A stretch of 64,000 nt of DNA from positions 21,695 to 85,694 of the forward strand of contig JABHHN010000080.1 in NCBI GenBank assembly GCA_018671515.1. Reading direction: 5' to 3'. The notes under the pieces were generated by a model. The model searched no databases. It was not told the DNA's origin and worked only from the letters and a program-made list of their open reading frames with translations. The DNA is from an archaeon. Lineage in GTDB: Archaea > Nanobdellota > Nanobdellia > Woesearchaeales > GW2011-AR15. A program made the position numbers and the translations under genes. This document shows positions 47,789-58,089 of the stretch, one piece after another. Positions within the stretch are counted from its first letter, which is position 1, and the number at the start of each line of letters is the position of its first letter.

Positions 47789-49009
47789 ATGAAAGAGAAA
47801 CATTTAACGTCTTTTTTTGAAAGATATATTGAAGAAAACAAAGTATTTAAAGAAAAAAAAGCGTTACAATCAAATTATACTCCAGAAAAAATACCCCATA
47901 GAGAAATACAAATAGAACAAATAGCAAACATTTTGGGGCCCGCGCTTAGAAACGAGCTCCCCTCCAATTTATTTATTTATGGTAAAACAGGAACCGGAAA
48001 AACGGTTAGTATAAAACATGTTACAAACACCATGAAAGAACTTGGGAAAGAAAGGGGTCTTGCAATAAAGATAATTTATGTTAATTGTAAATTAAAAAGA
48101 GTTGCGGACACAGAATATCGACTTATTTCTCGACTTATTAGAGATTTAGGAACAGACGTTCCGTCTACCGGGCTTCCAACAGATGAAATTTATAATATTT
48201 TTTATGCGTTAGTTGAAAAAGAAAAAAAAACATTTATTTTAATTTTGGATGAAATTGATCAACTTATAAAGAAGGCGGGAGACGAAATAATATATAATTT
48301 GACGAGAATAAATTCAGAACTTAAACAATCAAAAATAGCGATGGTTGGAATAAGCAATAGTCTTACTTTTACATCAGATTTAGAACCAAGAGTTAGATCT
48401 TCTCTTAGTCAAGAAGAATTGGTTTTTCCGCCATATAATGCGGTTCAAATTCAAGATATTTTGAGAAATAGATCTTTTGAAGCTTTTAAAGAGAACGCAC
48501 TAACTCCTGGAGTTATTGAAAAATGTGCAGCATATGCGGCAAGAGAACATGGAGATGCAAGAAGAGCACTTGAACTTTTAAGGGTGGCAGGAGAACTTGT
48601 AGATAGAGACAAAAGAGAAAAAGTTGAAATTCAAGATTTAGATAAAGCAGAAGAAAAAATAGAAAAAGATAGAGTAATCGAAACAGTTTCTACACAACCA
48701 AAACAATCACAAGCATCTCTTTATTGTATATTGGTATTATTTGAAGAAAGTGAAGGAAAAATATATACGGGAGACGTATATGATGTATATAAGAAAATTT
48801 GTCCAATGACAGATCTTCGTCCTTTGACACAAAGAAGGATTTCTGACATAATTGCAGAGCTTGATATGTTGGGGATAATTAATGCAAGGGTTGTTTCAAA
48901 AGGAAGATATGGTAGGACAAAAGAACTGACAATGGGTCTTTCATCACATATGTATAAAAAAATCAAAAAACTTCTCGAAAAAGATCTCGAACTTAAGCAA
49001 AATGAATGA
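47789..49009 (+). CDS. cdc6: Orc1/Cdc6 replication initiator
   Basis: Walker A GKTGTGKT, Walker B LILDEID, GDARRALELL and a C-terminal winged helix. Confidence 0.92.
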   Translation: MKEKHLTSFFERYIEENKVFKEKKALQSNYTPEKIPHREIQIEQIANILGPALRNELPSNLFIYGKTGTGKTVSIKHVTNTMKELGKERGLAIKIIYVNCKLKRVADTEYRLISRLIRDLGTDVPSTGLPTDEIYNIFYALVEKEKKTFILILDEIDQLIKKAGDEIIYNLTRINSELKQSKIAMVGISNSLTFTSDLEPRVRSSLSQEELVFPPYNAVQIQDILRNRSFEAFKENALTPGVIEKCAAYAAREHGDARRALELLRVAGELVDRDKREKVEIQDLDKAEEKIEKDRVIETVSTQPKQSQASLYCILVLFEESEGKIYTGDVYDVYKKICPMTDLRPLTQRRISDIIAELDMLGIINARVVSKGRYGRTKELTMGLSSHMYKKIKKLLEKDLELKQNE

Positions 49010-50480
49010 TGAAGATAAAAAAAAATTAATTAAGGAATGCCTAAGCAAGGGTCTTTTATTTAGTCCGGAACTTGGCCAGAAGTCAGAAGAAAAAGAAAAC
49101 ATATTTTATTTTGAAAATACAAAAAAAATAAATTTATCAATTCAAGAAAATAAAGAAAGTGCTGAGATAGAAAACACAGAAGAATTCTTGAATAAAGACG
49201 TAGAAATTTTAACATCATATGGTGAAAAATGGAAAAAAAAGACAATAAAGGATTTCTTTAATCATTATTCTTCTAGGTTTAAGACACTTTCACAGATGTT
49301 AAGAAGAAGAGAAGAACTTAAGGGTGCAACAGCCATAAAAAGAATTTCTTTAAGGAATCAAAACGAGAGTGTTGCAACAATAGGTATGGTAAAATCTAAA
49401 AGAATTACAAAGAACGACCACATACTTTTAGTAATAGAAGATTTAACCGGAGAGACAAGTGTTTTAATTAGTAAAAATAAAAATACTAAAGAAGAAGGAA
49501 AAGATAAAAGCTTGTATGAAGAAGCAAAAGATATTTGTCTTGATGAAGTTATAGGTGTTTTAGGAAATAAAGGAGAATCAGATATAATTTTTGCATCTGG
49601 TCTTGTTTGGCCAGATCTTCCAAGAGGAATGGAATTTAAGAAAAGTCCAGTAGAAGAATATGCGGTTTTTATAGGAGACACACATTTTGGTTCTAAACAC
49701 TTTTTACATAAGGAATTTAATTTATTTTTAAATTGGATAACGGGAAAAATAGGAAGCCCCGCACAGAAGGAGATGGCAAAAAAAATAAAATATCTTTTTT
49801 TGGTTGGTGATTTAATAGAAGGTGCAGGAATTTATCCAAACCAAGAAGATGATTTAGAAGTGAAAGACATCTATAAACAATATGAAATATTTTCTTCTTT
49901 TTTAAAAAAAATACCAGAATCAATTAGTATAATTATTTGCCCAGGAAATCACGACCCGGTTAGAGTGCATGAGCCACAACCACCAATACCACAAGAATAT
50001 GCTAAAGACATTTATGCGTTAAAAAACACATATTTTGTATCAAGTCCGGCATCAGTTAGGATAGGAAAAAAAGACAATTTTAAAGGGTTGGACGTATTAT
50101 TATATCATGGATATTCTTTTCCATTTTATGCAGATAGTGTAGAGTCAATAAGACAAGTAGGTGGGCTTGAAAGAGTAGATAAAATTTTAGAATATTTACT
50201 AAAAAGAAGACATTTTGCACCACAACACGGATCAACACAATTTGTTCCAGATTATGAAGAAGACTCTTTAATTATCAAAAACATACCAGATATTTTAGTT
50301 ACTGGTCATATACACAGATCTACGACTACAATATATAAAAATATAACTCTTTTGAATTGTTCATGTTGGATTGGACAAACAGAATACCAAGAAAAAAGAG
50401 GATTAAAACCCCAACCAGCAAAAGCAACAGTAATAAATCTTAAGACAAGAGAAACAAAAATATTGAGTTTTGCAAAATGA
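49002..50480 (+). CDS. dp1: DNA polymerase D small subunit (DP1, 3'-5' exonuclease)
   Basis: OB region plus calcineurin-like phosphoesterase motifs (GDTHFGS, VGDLIEG, PGNHD, GHIH). Confidence 0.9.
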   Translation: MNDEDKKKLIKECLSKGLLFSPELGQKSEEKENIFYFENTKKINLSIQENKESAEIENTEEFLNKDVEILTSYGEKWKKKTIKDFFNHYSSRFKTLSQMLRRREELKGATAIKRISLRNQNESVATIGMVKSKRITKNDHILLVIEDLTGETSVLISKNKNTKEEGKDKSLYEEAKDICLDEVIGVLGNKGESDIIFASGLVWPDLPRGMEFKKSPVEEYAVFIGDTHFGSKHFLHKEFNLFLNWITGKIGSPAQKEMAKKIKYLFLVGDLIEGAGIYPNQEDDLEVKDIYKQYEIFSSFLKKIPESISIIICPGNHDPVRVHEPQPPIPQEYAKDIYALKNTYFVSSPASVRIGKKDNFKGLDVLLYHGYSFPFYADSVESIRQVGGLERVDKILEYLLKRRHFAPQHGSTQFVPDYEEDSLIIKNIPDILVTGHIHRSTTTIYKNITLLNCSCWIGQTEYQEKRGLKPQPAKATVINLKTRETKILSFAK

Positions 50481-53400
50481 TAGAAAAATATTTTGAGGAA
50501 ATTGAAAAAAACGTAAGAAAAGAATATGACTTCTGTCAAAAAGCAAGAAAAAAAGGTTATGATCCAGAAGAAAAAGTTGATATACCAATTGCAAAAGGAA
50601 TTTCTGAAAGAGTTGAAGGTTTGATAAGTGCAGTATATCCAGATATTTTAGGAAGCGGAGTTGCAAATAGAATTAAAGCTCTTGAAAAAAAATACGGTAT
50701 GCTTGATTGGAGAGTATCATTAACAATAGCAGAAGAAGTTGCAAAACAAAAATTTTGCAAATTTAAAACAAAAAAAGAAGCTATGGAGACAGCAATAAGA
50801 GTTGGACTTGCATATACAACATTAGGTGTTATTTCAGCACCATTAGAAGGATTTATTGAATTAAAAATAAGAAAAAGAAAAGATGGCAAGGAATATTTGG
50901 CTGCATGTTTTGCTGGTCCAATTAGAGCGGCAGGCGGAACGGCGGCAGCAGTGTCTTTGTTAATTACAGATTATGTCAGAATAAAAATGGGATACTCTCC
51001 TTTTGATCCTTCTGAGAATGAAATAAGAAGATATGCTATGGAAATAAGAGATTATCATGAGAGAGCAACAAATTTACAATATTTTCCCTCAGAGGAAGAA
51101 TTAGAATTTTTAGTAAAAAATTTACCAATTCAAATTGATGGGGATCCAACAGAACAAATAGAAGTATCAAATTATAAAGATCTTGAAAGAATAGAGACTA
51201 ACAGAATTAGGGGAGGAATGTGTCTTGTCTTGGCAGAGGGTCTTGCACAGAAAGCAAAAAAATTAGCTAAAAAATTAAATAAATGGAGTAAAGAGATGGA
51301 ATTAGATTGGGATTTCATTAATGAATTTTTGAAGATACAAAAAAAAATAAAATCAAAAGGAGAGACAAAAAAAGAATCAAAGGAACAAAAATTATCACCT
51401 AATTATACATATATTTCGGATTTAGTTGCAGGAAGGCCTGTGTTTTCTTTACCACTTAAAACCGGAGGATTTAGGTTAAGATATGGTAGGACAAGAACGA
51501 CAGGTCTTGCGTGCGCAGCAATTCATCCAGCATCAATGCACATATTAAATGATTACATTGCAACAGGAACACAACTAAAAGTAGAAAGACCGGGAAAGGC
51601 CGCAGCAATTGTCCCTTGTGATGATATAGATGGGCCTATAGTTTTATTGATAGACGGCACAGTAAAAAAATTAGACACACCAAAAGAAGCGAAAGAAGTA
51701 AAAAACAAAATAAAAAATATATTATACCTTGGAGATATATTATTTAATTATGGTGATTTTTATGAAAACAATCATAAGATAGTTCCAGCAGGATATTGTC
51801 AGGAATGGTGGATTCAAGAATTTGAAAATTCAATCATAAATTATTTTGGAAGTTTAGACTTAGAAAAAGCATCTAAATTTTTAAGAATAAATCAAGAAAA
51901 ATTAGAACAAATTTTTTCTAAACCAACAAAAACAAAAATATCATTTAGATTAGCACATAAAATTTCAACTATATTTAATATTCCTCTACATTCAGATTAT
52001 ACTTATTATTGGAAAAATTCACAAGTGAGTGATTTAAAAAAATTATTTTTAGAAATAAAAAATTCTAAGATTACTAAAGATGAAAAAGAAAAAGTAGTTA
52101 AGATAATAATAAAAGAAAAAGAAGAATTAAAATCTATTTTAGAAAAGATTGGACTTCCTCATCTTTTCATAAATAAAGAATTTATAGTAATTGAAAAACC
52201 GCATTCAGAATTATTTTTTAATTTGATAAATAATAAGAATAATTTAGAAATAAATGAATCTGAAAATCAACTTGATTATGTTTCAAGATTATTAAATATT
52301 AAAATAAGAGATAAATCAGGAACTTTTATTGGCACAAGAATGGGGAGACCAGAAAAGGCAAAACAAAGAAAGCTTTTAGGAAGCCCACATGTTATCTTTC
52401 CAGTTGGTGAAGAAGGGGGAAGAATGAGAAGTTTTCAATCTGCATTAGAAGCAAAAAGTATAACCGCAGAGTTTGCACATTTCTTTTGTAAAAAATGCAA
52501 TAAAGAGACTATATTTTCAATATGTGAAAATTGTGAATCAAAAACAGAAATATTTTCTAAAAAGGGAACAGGATATTATAATTCAGAATCGACATTCGCA
52601 AGAAAAAAAATAGATATAAACCATTATTTTTCAAAATCATTGAAAAAAATAGGTACAACAATATATCCTGATTTAATTAAAGGAGTTAAAGAGACATCAA
52701 ATAAAGAGCATATTCCTGAGAATTTAGTAAAAGGAATATTAAGGGCTAAAAATAATATATATGTGAATAAAGACGGAACAACAAGATATGATATGATTGA
52801 ACTTCCAATAACACATTTTATGCCAAAGGAAATCAGAACGTCTGTAGAAAAATTAAAAGAGCTTGGGTATGAAACAGATATTCATGGAAGAGAATTAATT
52901 GATAATGCACAAATGATTGAATTATTTCCACAAGATCTTATACTTCCAAATTGTAATGATTCGCCAGATGAGAAATGTGAAAATGTTTTGTTTAATGTTG
53001 GGAACTTTATTGACGATGTTTTAGAAAAATTATATGATAAAGAAAAATATTATAATTTTAAGTCACCAAAAGATGTTATTGGACAATTAGTAATAGGTCT
53101 TGCACCACACACCTCTGCAGGAATAGTAGGTAGGATTATAGGATTTTCAAAAACACAAGGTATGTTTACACATCCATTATATCATGCAGCAATGAGAAGG
53201 AACTGTGATGGTGATGAGGCATGTGTATTATTATTGATGGATGGATTATTAAATTTTTCAAGATCTTATCTTCCAGATAGAAGAGGTTCAAGAACAATGG
53301 ATGCACCGTTAGTATTAACATATAAATTGGTTCCCGCAGAAGTTGATTCAGAAGTACATGCAATTGATATGTTGTGGAGATATCCATTAGAATTTTATGA

Positions 53401-53956
53401 AGCAGGAGAGGAATTCAAAAATATATGGGATGTAGATATATTAAAAGTAGAAGATGTATTACAAACAGAAAGGCAATATCAAAAATATACATTTACACAT
53501 AGTGTAACAGATATGAATTTTGGTGTTACATGCTCATCATATAAAACACTTCCCAGTATGAAAGATAAATTAATGGGCCAGATGGATTTAGCAGAAAAAA
53601 TTGTTGCAGTAGATTCATCAATGGTTGCATCTTTAGTTATTACAAAACATTTTCTAAAAGATATAAAAGGGAATTTAAGGAAATATTCAATGCAGAAATT
53701 TAGATGTGTCGCATGTAATGAAAAATATAGAAGGCCTCCTTTGATTGGTAAGTGTACTGTATGTGGAGGAAAAGTTATTTTTACAATATCTCATGGTTCT
53801 GTTATAAAATATTTAGAACCAAGTATTTCTTTAGCAACTAAATATAATGTTTCAACTTATTTAAAACAGACTTTAGAAATTTTAGATAAGACAGTATTGT
53901 CTGCATTAGGTCAAGAAAAAGAGAGACAAGAAGGATTAGGTCAATGGTTTGGATAA
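50477..53956 (+). CDS. dp2: DNA polymerase D large subunit (DP2), no intein evident
   Basis: 1159 aa, a continuous ORF. C-terminal zinc module CVACNEKYRRPPLIGKCTVCGG. ATGA-type overlap with dp1. Confidence 0.92.
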   Translation: MIEKYFEEIEKNVRKEYDFCQKARKKGYDPEEKVDIPIAKGISERVEGLISAVYPDILGSGVANRIKALEKKYGMLDWRVSLTIAEEVAKQKFCKFKTKKEAMETAIRVGLAYTTLGVISAPLEGFIELKIRKRKDGKEYLAACFAGPIRAAGGTAAAVSLLITDYVRIKMGYSPFDPSENEIRRYAMEIRDYHERATNLQYFPSEEELEFLVKNLPIQIDGDPTEQIEVSNYKDLERIETNRIRGGMCLVLAEGLAQKAKKLAKKLNKWSKEMELDWDFINEFLKIQKKIKSKGETKKESKEQKLSPNYTYISDLVAGRPVFSLPLKTGGFRLRYGRTRTTGLACAAIHPASMHILNDYIATGTQLKVERPGKAAAIVPCDDIDGPIVLLIDGTVKKLDTPKEAKEVKNKIKNILYLGDILFNYGDFYENNHKIVPAGYCQEWWIQEFENSIINYFGSLDLEKASKFLRINQEKLEQIFSKPTKTKISFRLAHKISTIFNIPLHSDYTYYWKNSQVSDLKKLFLEIKNSKITKDEKEKVVKIIIKEKEELKSILEKIGLPHLFINKEFIVIEKPHSELFFNLINNKNNLEINESENQLDYVSRLLNIKIRDKSGTFIGTRMGRPEKAKQRKLLGSPHVIFPVGEEGGRMRSFQSALEAKSITAEFAHFFCKKCNKETIFSICENCESKTEIFSKKGTGYYNSESTFARKKIDINHYFSKSLKKIGTTIYPDLIKGVKETSNKEHIPENLVKGILRAKNNIYVNKDGTTRYDMIELPITHFMPKEIRTSVEKLKELGYETDIHGRELIDNAQMIELFPQDLILPNCNDSPDEKCENVLFNVGNFIDDVLEKLYDKEKYYNFKSPKDVIGQLVIGLAPHTSAGIVGRIIGFSKTQGMFTHPLYHAAMRRNCDGDEACVLLLMDGLLNFSRSYLPDRRGSRTMDAPLVLTYKLVPAEVDSEVHAIDMLWRYPLEFYEAGEEFKNIWDVDILKVEDVLQTERQYQKYTFTHSVTDMNFGVTCSSYKTLPSMKDKLMGQMDLAEKIVAVDSSMVASLVITKHFLKDIKGNLRKYSMQKFRCVACNEKYRRPPLIGKCTVCGGKVIFTISHGSVIKYLEPSISLATKYNVSTYLKQTLEILDKTVLSALGQEKERQEGLGQWFG

Positions 53957-53967
53957 TTTAATTAAAG

Positions 53968-54375
53968 TTATTTTATTGTAATAACAGGATATTTTGCACC
54001 ACACGCAGTGCATTTAAAGAAAGAAATTCTATTTTCTTTTGTTATTTTTGAATCTGGTTTTCCACAGTCTTTGCAAATTACATATGTATCTGCATATTTT
54101 TTTATTTTTTCATTTATCCTTATTGATGATACTTTACTACCCATGATTAAAAGATTATTTTTCATATCTCCAGGTGTTGCTAGCTCTCTTAAAATATATT
54201 TAAGGACAATATCAATATCTCTTCTTAATGTATCACATATTTGAGTAAAATTAGAAATTATAGTTTTGTTTCCTTGGACATGGCCCATAACTTTTGGAAT
54301 GTTAAATCTCTCAGATTCTTTTACTGATTCAGGTAAATTTTCATATCCTCGTGCTAATAGCTTATCATAATCCAT
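53968..54375 (-). CDS. translation initiation factor aIF-2 beta subunit
   Basis: 135 aa with a C-terminal C2-C2 ribbon (CKDCGKPD...CTACG). Confidence 0.88.
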   Translation of the reverse strand: MDYDKLLARGYENLPESVKESERFNIPKVMGHVQGNKTIISNFTQICDTLRRDIDIVLKYILRELATPGDMKNNLLIMGSKVSSIRINEKIKKYADTYVICKDCGKPDSKITKENRISFFKCTACGAKYPVITIK

Positions 54376-54464
54376 TGAGCTTGGAAAAAGAGGATTATAT
54401 ATAAAATTAATTGATGAAATAATTTTCAGAAAGTTTTAAATAGAGACAAACCAAATTATCATCT

Positions 54465-55337
54465 ATGGTTCTAGAATCTCTGATTAATTCTATAAAAGCA
54501 GAAGAACATCCAGGAAAGATGTTCTTTTATGGATTTGTTTATTTTTCTATTGCAGTGGTTTTAAGCATGTGGATATTTCCAGATCAATCATCTTTACTAG
54601 CAGTATTTTTTACAACTATTGCCGCAGTTCCATTGATGTATAACACAATAAGATTTGAAGAAAAAAAAGATTTATCAGATATGGGTGAAGGACAGTTACT
54701 TAAAGAGCATAAAAAAGCAATTTCTTTGTATTTATTTATGTTTTTAGGTATTGTAATTGCAACTGCAATTTGGTTTATTTTTTTACCTGAAAATATTATA
54801 TATTCTTTATTTAAAGTTCAATCCCAAACAATCACGGAAATAAATTCAAACGTAGAAGGAAATGTATTTAAATCTTTTTCCACAATGTTTCCAGTATTTA
54901 CAAAAATTTTATCAAATAATCTTAAAGTATTGATATTTTGTATTTTATTTTCTTTTTTATATGGTGTAGGTGCACTTTTTATATTGACTTGGAATGCATC
55001 AGTTATTGGAGTAGCCATAGGATCATCGATAAAAACAGCAATTTCAAAATTAGTATCTTCAACAGGAACAGTTACAGCAATAAAATATTTTGAAGTTTAT
55101 TCAATTGGATTTTTAAAGTATTCTATTCATGGTATTCCTGAAATTTTATCATATCTTGTTGCAGCTCTTGCAGGAGGAATAATATCTGTTGCAGTAATTA
55201 AACATGATTTAGGCTCAGACAAATTTGAAAAAATAATACTTGATTCATCTACATTAATACTTATTAGTTTAATTTTTGTATTAGTTGCAGCATTTTTAGA
55301 AGTGTATGTGACACCATATGTTTTTTATGGGGCTTAA
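54465..55337 (+). CDS. SpoIIM/DUF95-like membrane protein
   Basis: NNLKVLIFCILFSFLYGVGALFILTWNASVIG and HGIPEILSYLVAALAGG patterns. Confidence 0.65.
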   Translation: MVLESLINSIKAEEHPGKMFFYGFVYFSIAVVLSMWIFPDQSSLLAVFFTTIAAVPLMYNTIRFEEKKDLSDMGEGQLLKEHKKAISLYLFMFLGIVIATAIWFIFLPENIIYSLFKVQSQTITEINSNVEGNVFKSFSTMFPVFTKILSNNLKVLIFCILFSFLYGVGALFILTWNASVIGVAIGSSIKTAISKLVSSTGTVTAIKYFEVYSIGFLKYSIHGIPEILSYLVAALAGGIISVAVIKHDLGSDKFEKIILDSSTLILISLIFVLVAAFLEVYVTPYVFYGA

Positions 55338-55993
55338 TCCAATACTTTTATTTTTCCAGGACTTATTTGAAATAATTCTCCTTCATTTATTAGATTTGAA
55401 ATAAATTTTTCACAACCATTTATATTGGATTTTGAAATAATTTCTTCCATTTCTGCACCTTTTCCTTGATCAAGTTCCATTATTATTTTAATGATTTTTT
55501 GAGCAGGTGTTTTTGTGAAATCTTCTTTTTTCCCTTCAAATATTTCTTTTTTTTCTTCTTGAATTTGTTCTACTATTTCTTTTTTTATATCAATAGAGAT
55601 TTCTTTTTTTTTAATAGGAAAGTCAAAATCAACTTCTTTTTTCCATACTAAAAACCAATCTTTATTTTTAACTTTTTTAATTATTTCTGGAACAATATAT
55701 TTCTCATCATTCCACATTCTTGGTTTTCCTATAAGAAGTATTACATCGCCAATATCAATACTTGATTTTTTCTTTTCTTCAAAGAATCTTGCTTCAATAT
55801 TTCCGCTTCCATCATCTATGATAATTCTAGTATCATCAATATAAATTAAGAGACCAATAATATTTATTCTTGTTATTCTTTTTTCATTATGTAGTATATA
55901 ACTTGGTTCCCAACCTTCTTTTTTTACATATTCACCTATTAGAAGATCTTTTATCTTTACTTTATATGCAATTTGTCTTTTAAGATTCTGCAT
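55334..55993 (-). CDS. RPA32/Stn1-like OB-fold protein with C-terminal winged helix
   Basis: An OB core (ITRINIIGLL...IIIDDGSGNIEARFF...GDVILLIGKPR) and a C-terminal wH (IIKIIMELDQGKGAEMEEII...). It sits 1 nt downstream of mcm. Confidence 0.5.
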   Translation of the reverse strand: MQNLKRQIAYKVKIKDLLIGEYVKKEGWEPSYILHNEKRITRINIIGLLIYIDDTRIIIDDGSGNIEARFFEEKKKSSIDIGDVILLIGKPRMWNDEKYIVPEIIKKVKNKDWFLVWKKEVDFDFPIKKKEISIDIKKEIVEQIQEEKKEIFEGKKEDFTKTPAQKIIKIIMELDQGKGAEMEEIISKSNINGCEKFISNLINEGELFQISPGKIKVLD

Positions 55994-55994
55994 T

Positions 55995-58019
55995 TTACTT
56001 TATCCTAGAAATTTGTCCTCTTTTAGGTTCAAATATATCACCAGATCTTTTTAATTTTTCAATAACTTCAATAACTCCATCTTCAGAGACTTTTTTCTCT
56101 GATGCTGCAATTAATATATTTTCAAGTGGAATCATATCACCAAATTCTTTTTCAAGAGTTCTTAGTATTTCTTTTATTGTACTAATATGACTTCTTTCTG
56201 AAGCAGTTACACCACTTACAATTCTATCAATATCTACTTTTCCTGTTTCTGGATCAAGACCAATTTGACGCAGACAGTAATCTAAAAGACCAATTGCTCT
56301 TTGAGAATCTTCTTTTGTTACTATTTTTGAAAGTCTTATTTTAGCAGAAGCTTCAGATAATCTTACTAAAGCTTCAAGTTGTCTTGGAGAAATTGGTATA
56401 CTCTGAACTACACCATCTTCTGACATTCCAGATGTTCTCATTTTAACATAATAATCTTTTATTGCAAGAAGTGCATCTTCAGATAATATAGGTTTTGAAG
56501 TTTGTCTTGCATAAGCAAAATATTTTCTTAATGTTTCTGTTTCAAGATCTGCCTTTTCCTCATCAGTGTTTTGATGTAATTTTAATACAAAACCTGCTAA
56601 TTTATCATCTATTTCTTTATTCGGTAAGTCTTTTATAGAAAATATTAAATCAAATCTATTAATTAAAGTACTAGGAAGTTCAATTTGTTTTGCAACAGTT
56701 TCATAAGGGTCAAATCTTCCGAATTTTGGATTTGCAGCAGCAAGAACACTTGTTTCCGATCTTAGGGTTGCTTGAATGTTTGCTTTTGAAATTGTAACAG
56801 TTTGCTGTTCTAGAGCTTCATGCATTGCACTTCTGTCTTCTTTTGACATTTTATCAAACTCATCAAGACAAGCAAGACCTTTATTTGCTAAAACCAAAAG
56901 ACCGGCTTCAAGAGCCCATCCACGAATAAATTCATCTTTTACAACAGTTGCAGTAAGTCCTGCACCACTTGCTCCTTTTCCACTTACAAATCTAGATTTT
57001 GGTGCAACGATAGATGCTCTTTTTAATAACTGCGATTTACCTGCACCAGGATCACCTACAAGCAAAACATGGATATCTCCTCTTGTTATACTACCACTTT
57101 CTCTTACTTTTCTAACTCCTCCAAATAATTGCAAAACAAGAGCTTCTTTTATTTTATCATGTCCAAAAATATTTGGTGCAAATGAATTGATAAGTTTTTG
57201 ATATATTTTTTTATCTTTAGAAAGTTCCATTATTTCTTCTTTCTCTTCGTCTGATATGTTTATTTGAGTAAAGTCTTCTTCTACTGGCTGCGCAAAATTA
57301 GCTTCAACCATTAAATCATATCTAGTTAATTTTCCACCATCTTTAGCAGGGATAGGAACTTCTTTTAATATACCATTTATAATTATTTTACTTCCTGGAT
57401 TTGTAGTTCTTTCTGATATTGGAGACACTAAATCATTTTTTAAAAATACATTAAGTCTTTTTGGTTGGTCGCTTCCTTCCAATTCTTCTGGTGCTTCTTC
57501 AAGAACTATTTTTTGTGCATCGACAAGTTCTTTACTTACAAGTCTGAACTTTCCTTTTCTTCCACATCCACATCTTGATGGTTCTTTGAATTTTTCATCT
57601 AATTGGAGTACAGTAAGTATGTTTCCACAACTTGGACATTCAAATCTTGCGCTTGTTACAAGAGGCCTGACATCACTTTTTTGTCTAACAATACCCATTA
57701 TAGAAATAAATTTTCCAATATGATTGCTTCTTACATTTCTAATAAGAATTTTTTGGCTTTCGGGCATCTCAGATACTCGTAATTTAAAACCTTTTATTTC
57801 ACCAAATGATTCGAAATTTTCAACAGCTATTTCTCCTGCACGTAATGTATCATCAGGAGATTCAAGAAGTTCTTCTGAAAGAGCAGGGTCAAATTTAGAA
57901 AGTTCTGAAAAAGATATTACAAAATGCCGTTGTCCTCCACGAATAGCAGTAGCTATTTCGTCTAGATAGGCTTTTTCTAGAAATTCCTGAAAACTCTTAA
58001 TCATTAATGCTGCTTCCAT
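55995..58019 (-). CDS. mcm: MCM replicative helicase
   Basis: Zn motif CPSCGN...CGCG, Walker A GDPGAGKSQ, Walker B ACLDEFDKM and arginine-finger NRFDLIF. Confidence 0.95.
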   Translation of the reverse strand: MEAALMIKSFQEFLEKAYLDEIATAIRGGQRHFVISFSELSKFDPALSEELLESPDDTLRAGEIAVENFESFGEIKGFKLRVSEMPESQKILIRNVRSNHIGKFISIMGIVRQKSDVRPLVTSARFECPSCGNILTVLQLDEKFKEPSRCGCGRKGKFRLVSKELVDAQKIVLEEAPEELEGSDQPKRLNVFLKNDLVSPISERTTNPGSKIIINGILKEVPIPAKDGGKLTRYDLMVEANFAQPVEEDFTQINISDEEKEEIMELSKDKKIYQKLINSFAPNIFGHDKIKEALVLQLFGGVRKVRESGSITRGDIHVLLVGDPGAGKSQLLKRASIVAPKSRFVSGKGASGAGLTATVVKDEFIRGWALEAGLLVLANKGLACLDEFDKMSKEDRSAMHEALEQQTVTISKANIQATLRSETSVLAAANPKFGRFDPYETVAKQIELPSTLINRFDLIFSIKDLPNKEIDDKLAGFVLKLHQNTDEEKADLETETLRKYFAYARQTSKPILSEDALLAIKDYYVKMRTSGMSEDGVVQSIPISPRQLEALVRLSEASAKIRLSKIVTKEDSQRAIGLLDYCLRQIGLDPETGKVDIDRIVSGVTASERSHISTIKEILRTLEKEFGDMIPLENILIAASEKKVSEDGVIEVIEKLKRSGDIFEPKRGQISRIK

Positions 58020-58064
58020 TTTTTAGATAGGGTTTTTTATATGGTATTATTTAACATGATAGGT

Positions 58065-58089
58065 AAAATAAAATAAAATAAAATAAAAT
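58065..58089. repeat. (AAAAT)5 microsatellite
   Basis: Five perfect pentamers between the mcm start and the tbp stop. Confidence 0.9.

Noticed and set aside
56776-57969. Plus-strand ORFs of 141 aa and 81 aa inside mcm, and similar ones inside tbp (58423-58794)
   Set aside because: They are antisense to highly conserved genes. Their Ser/Pro/Ala-rich sequences have no motifs.
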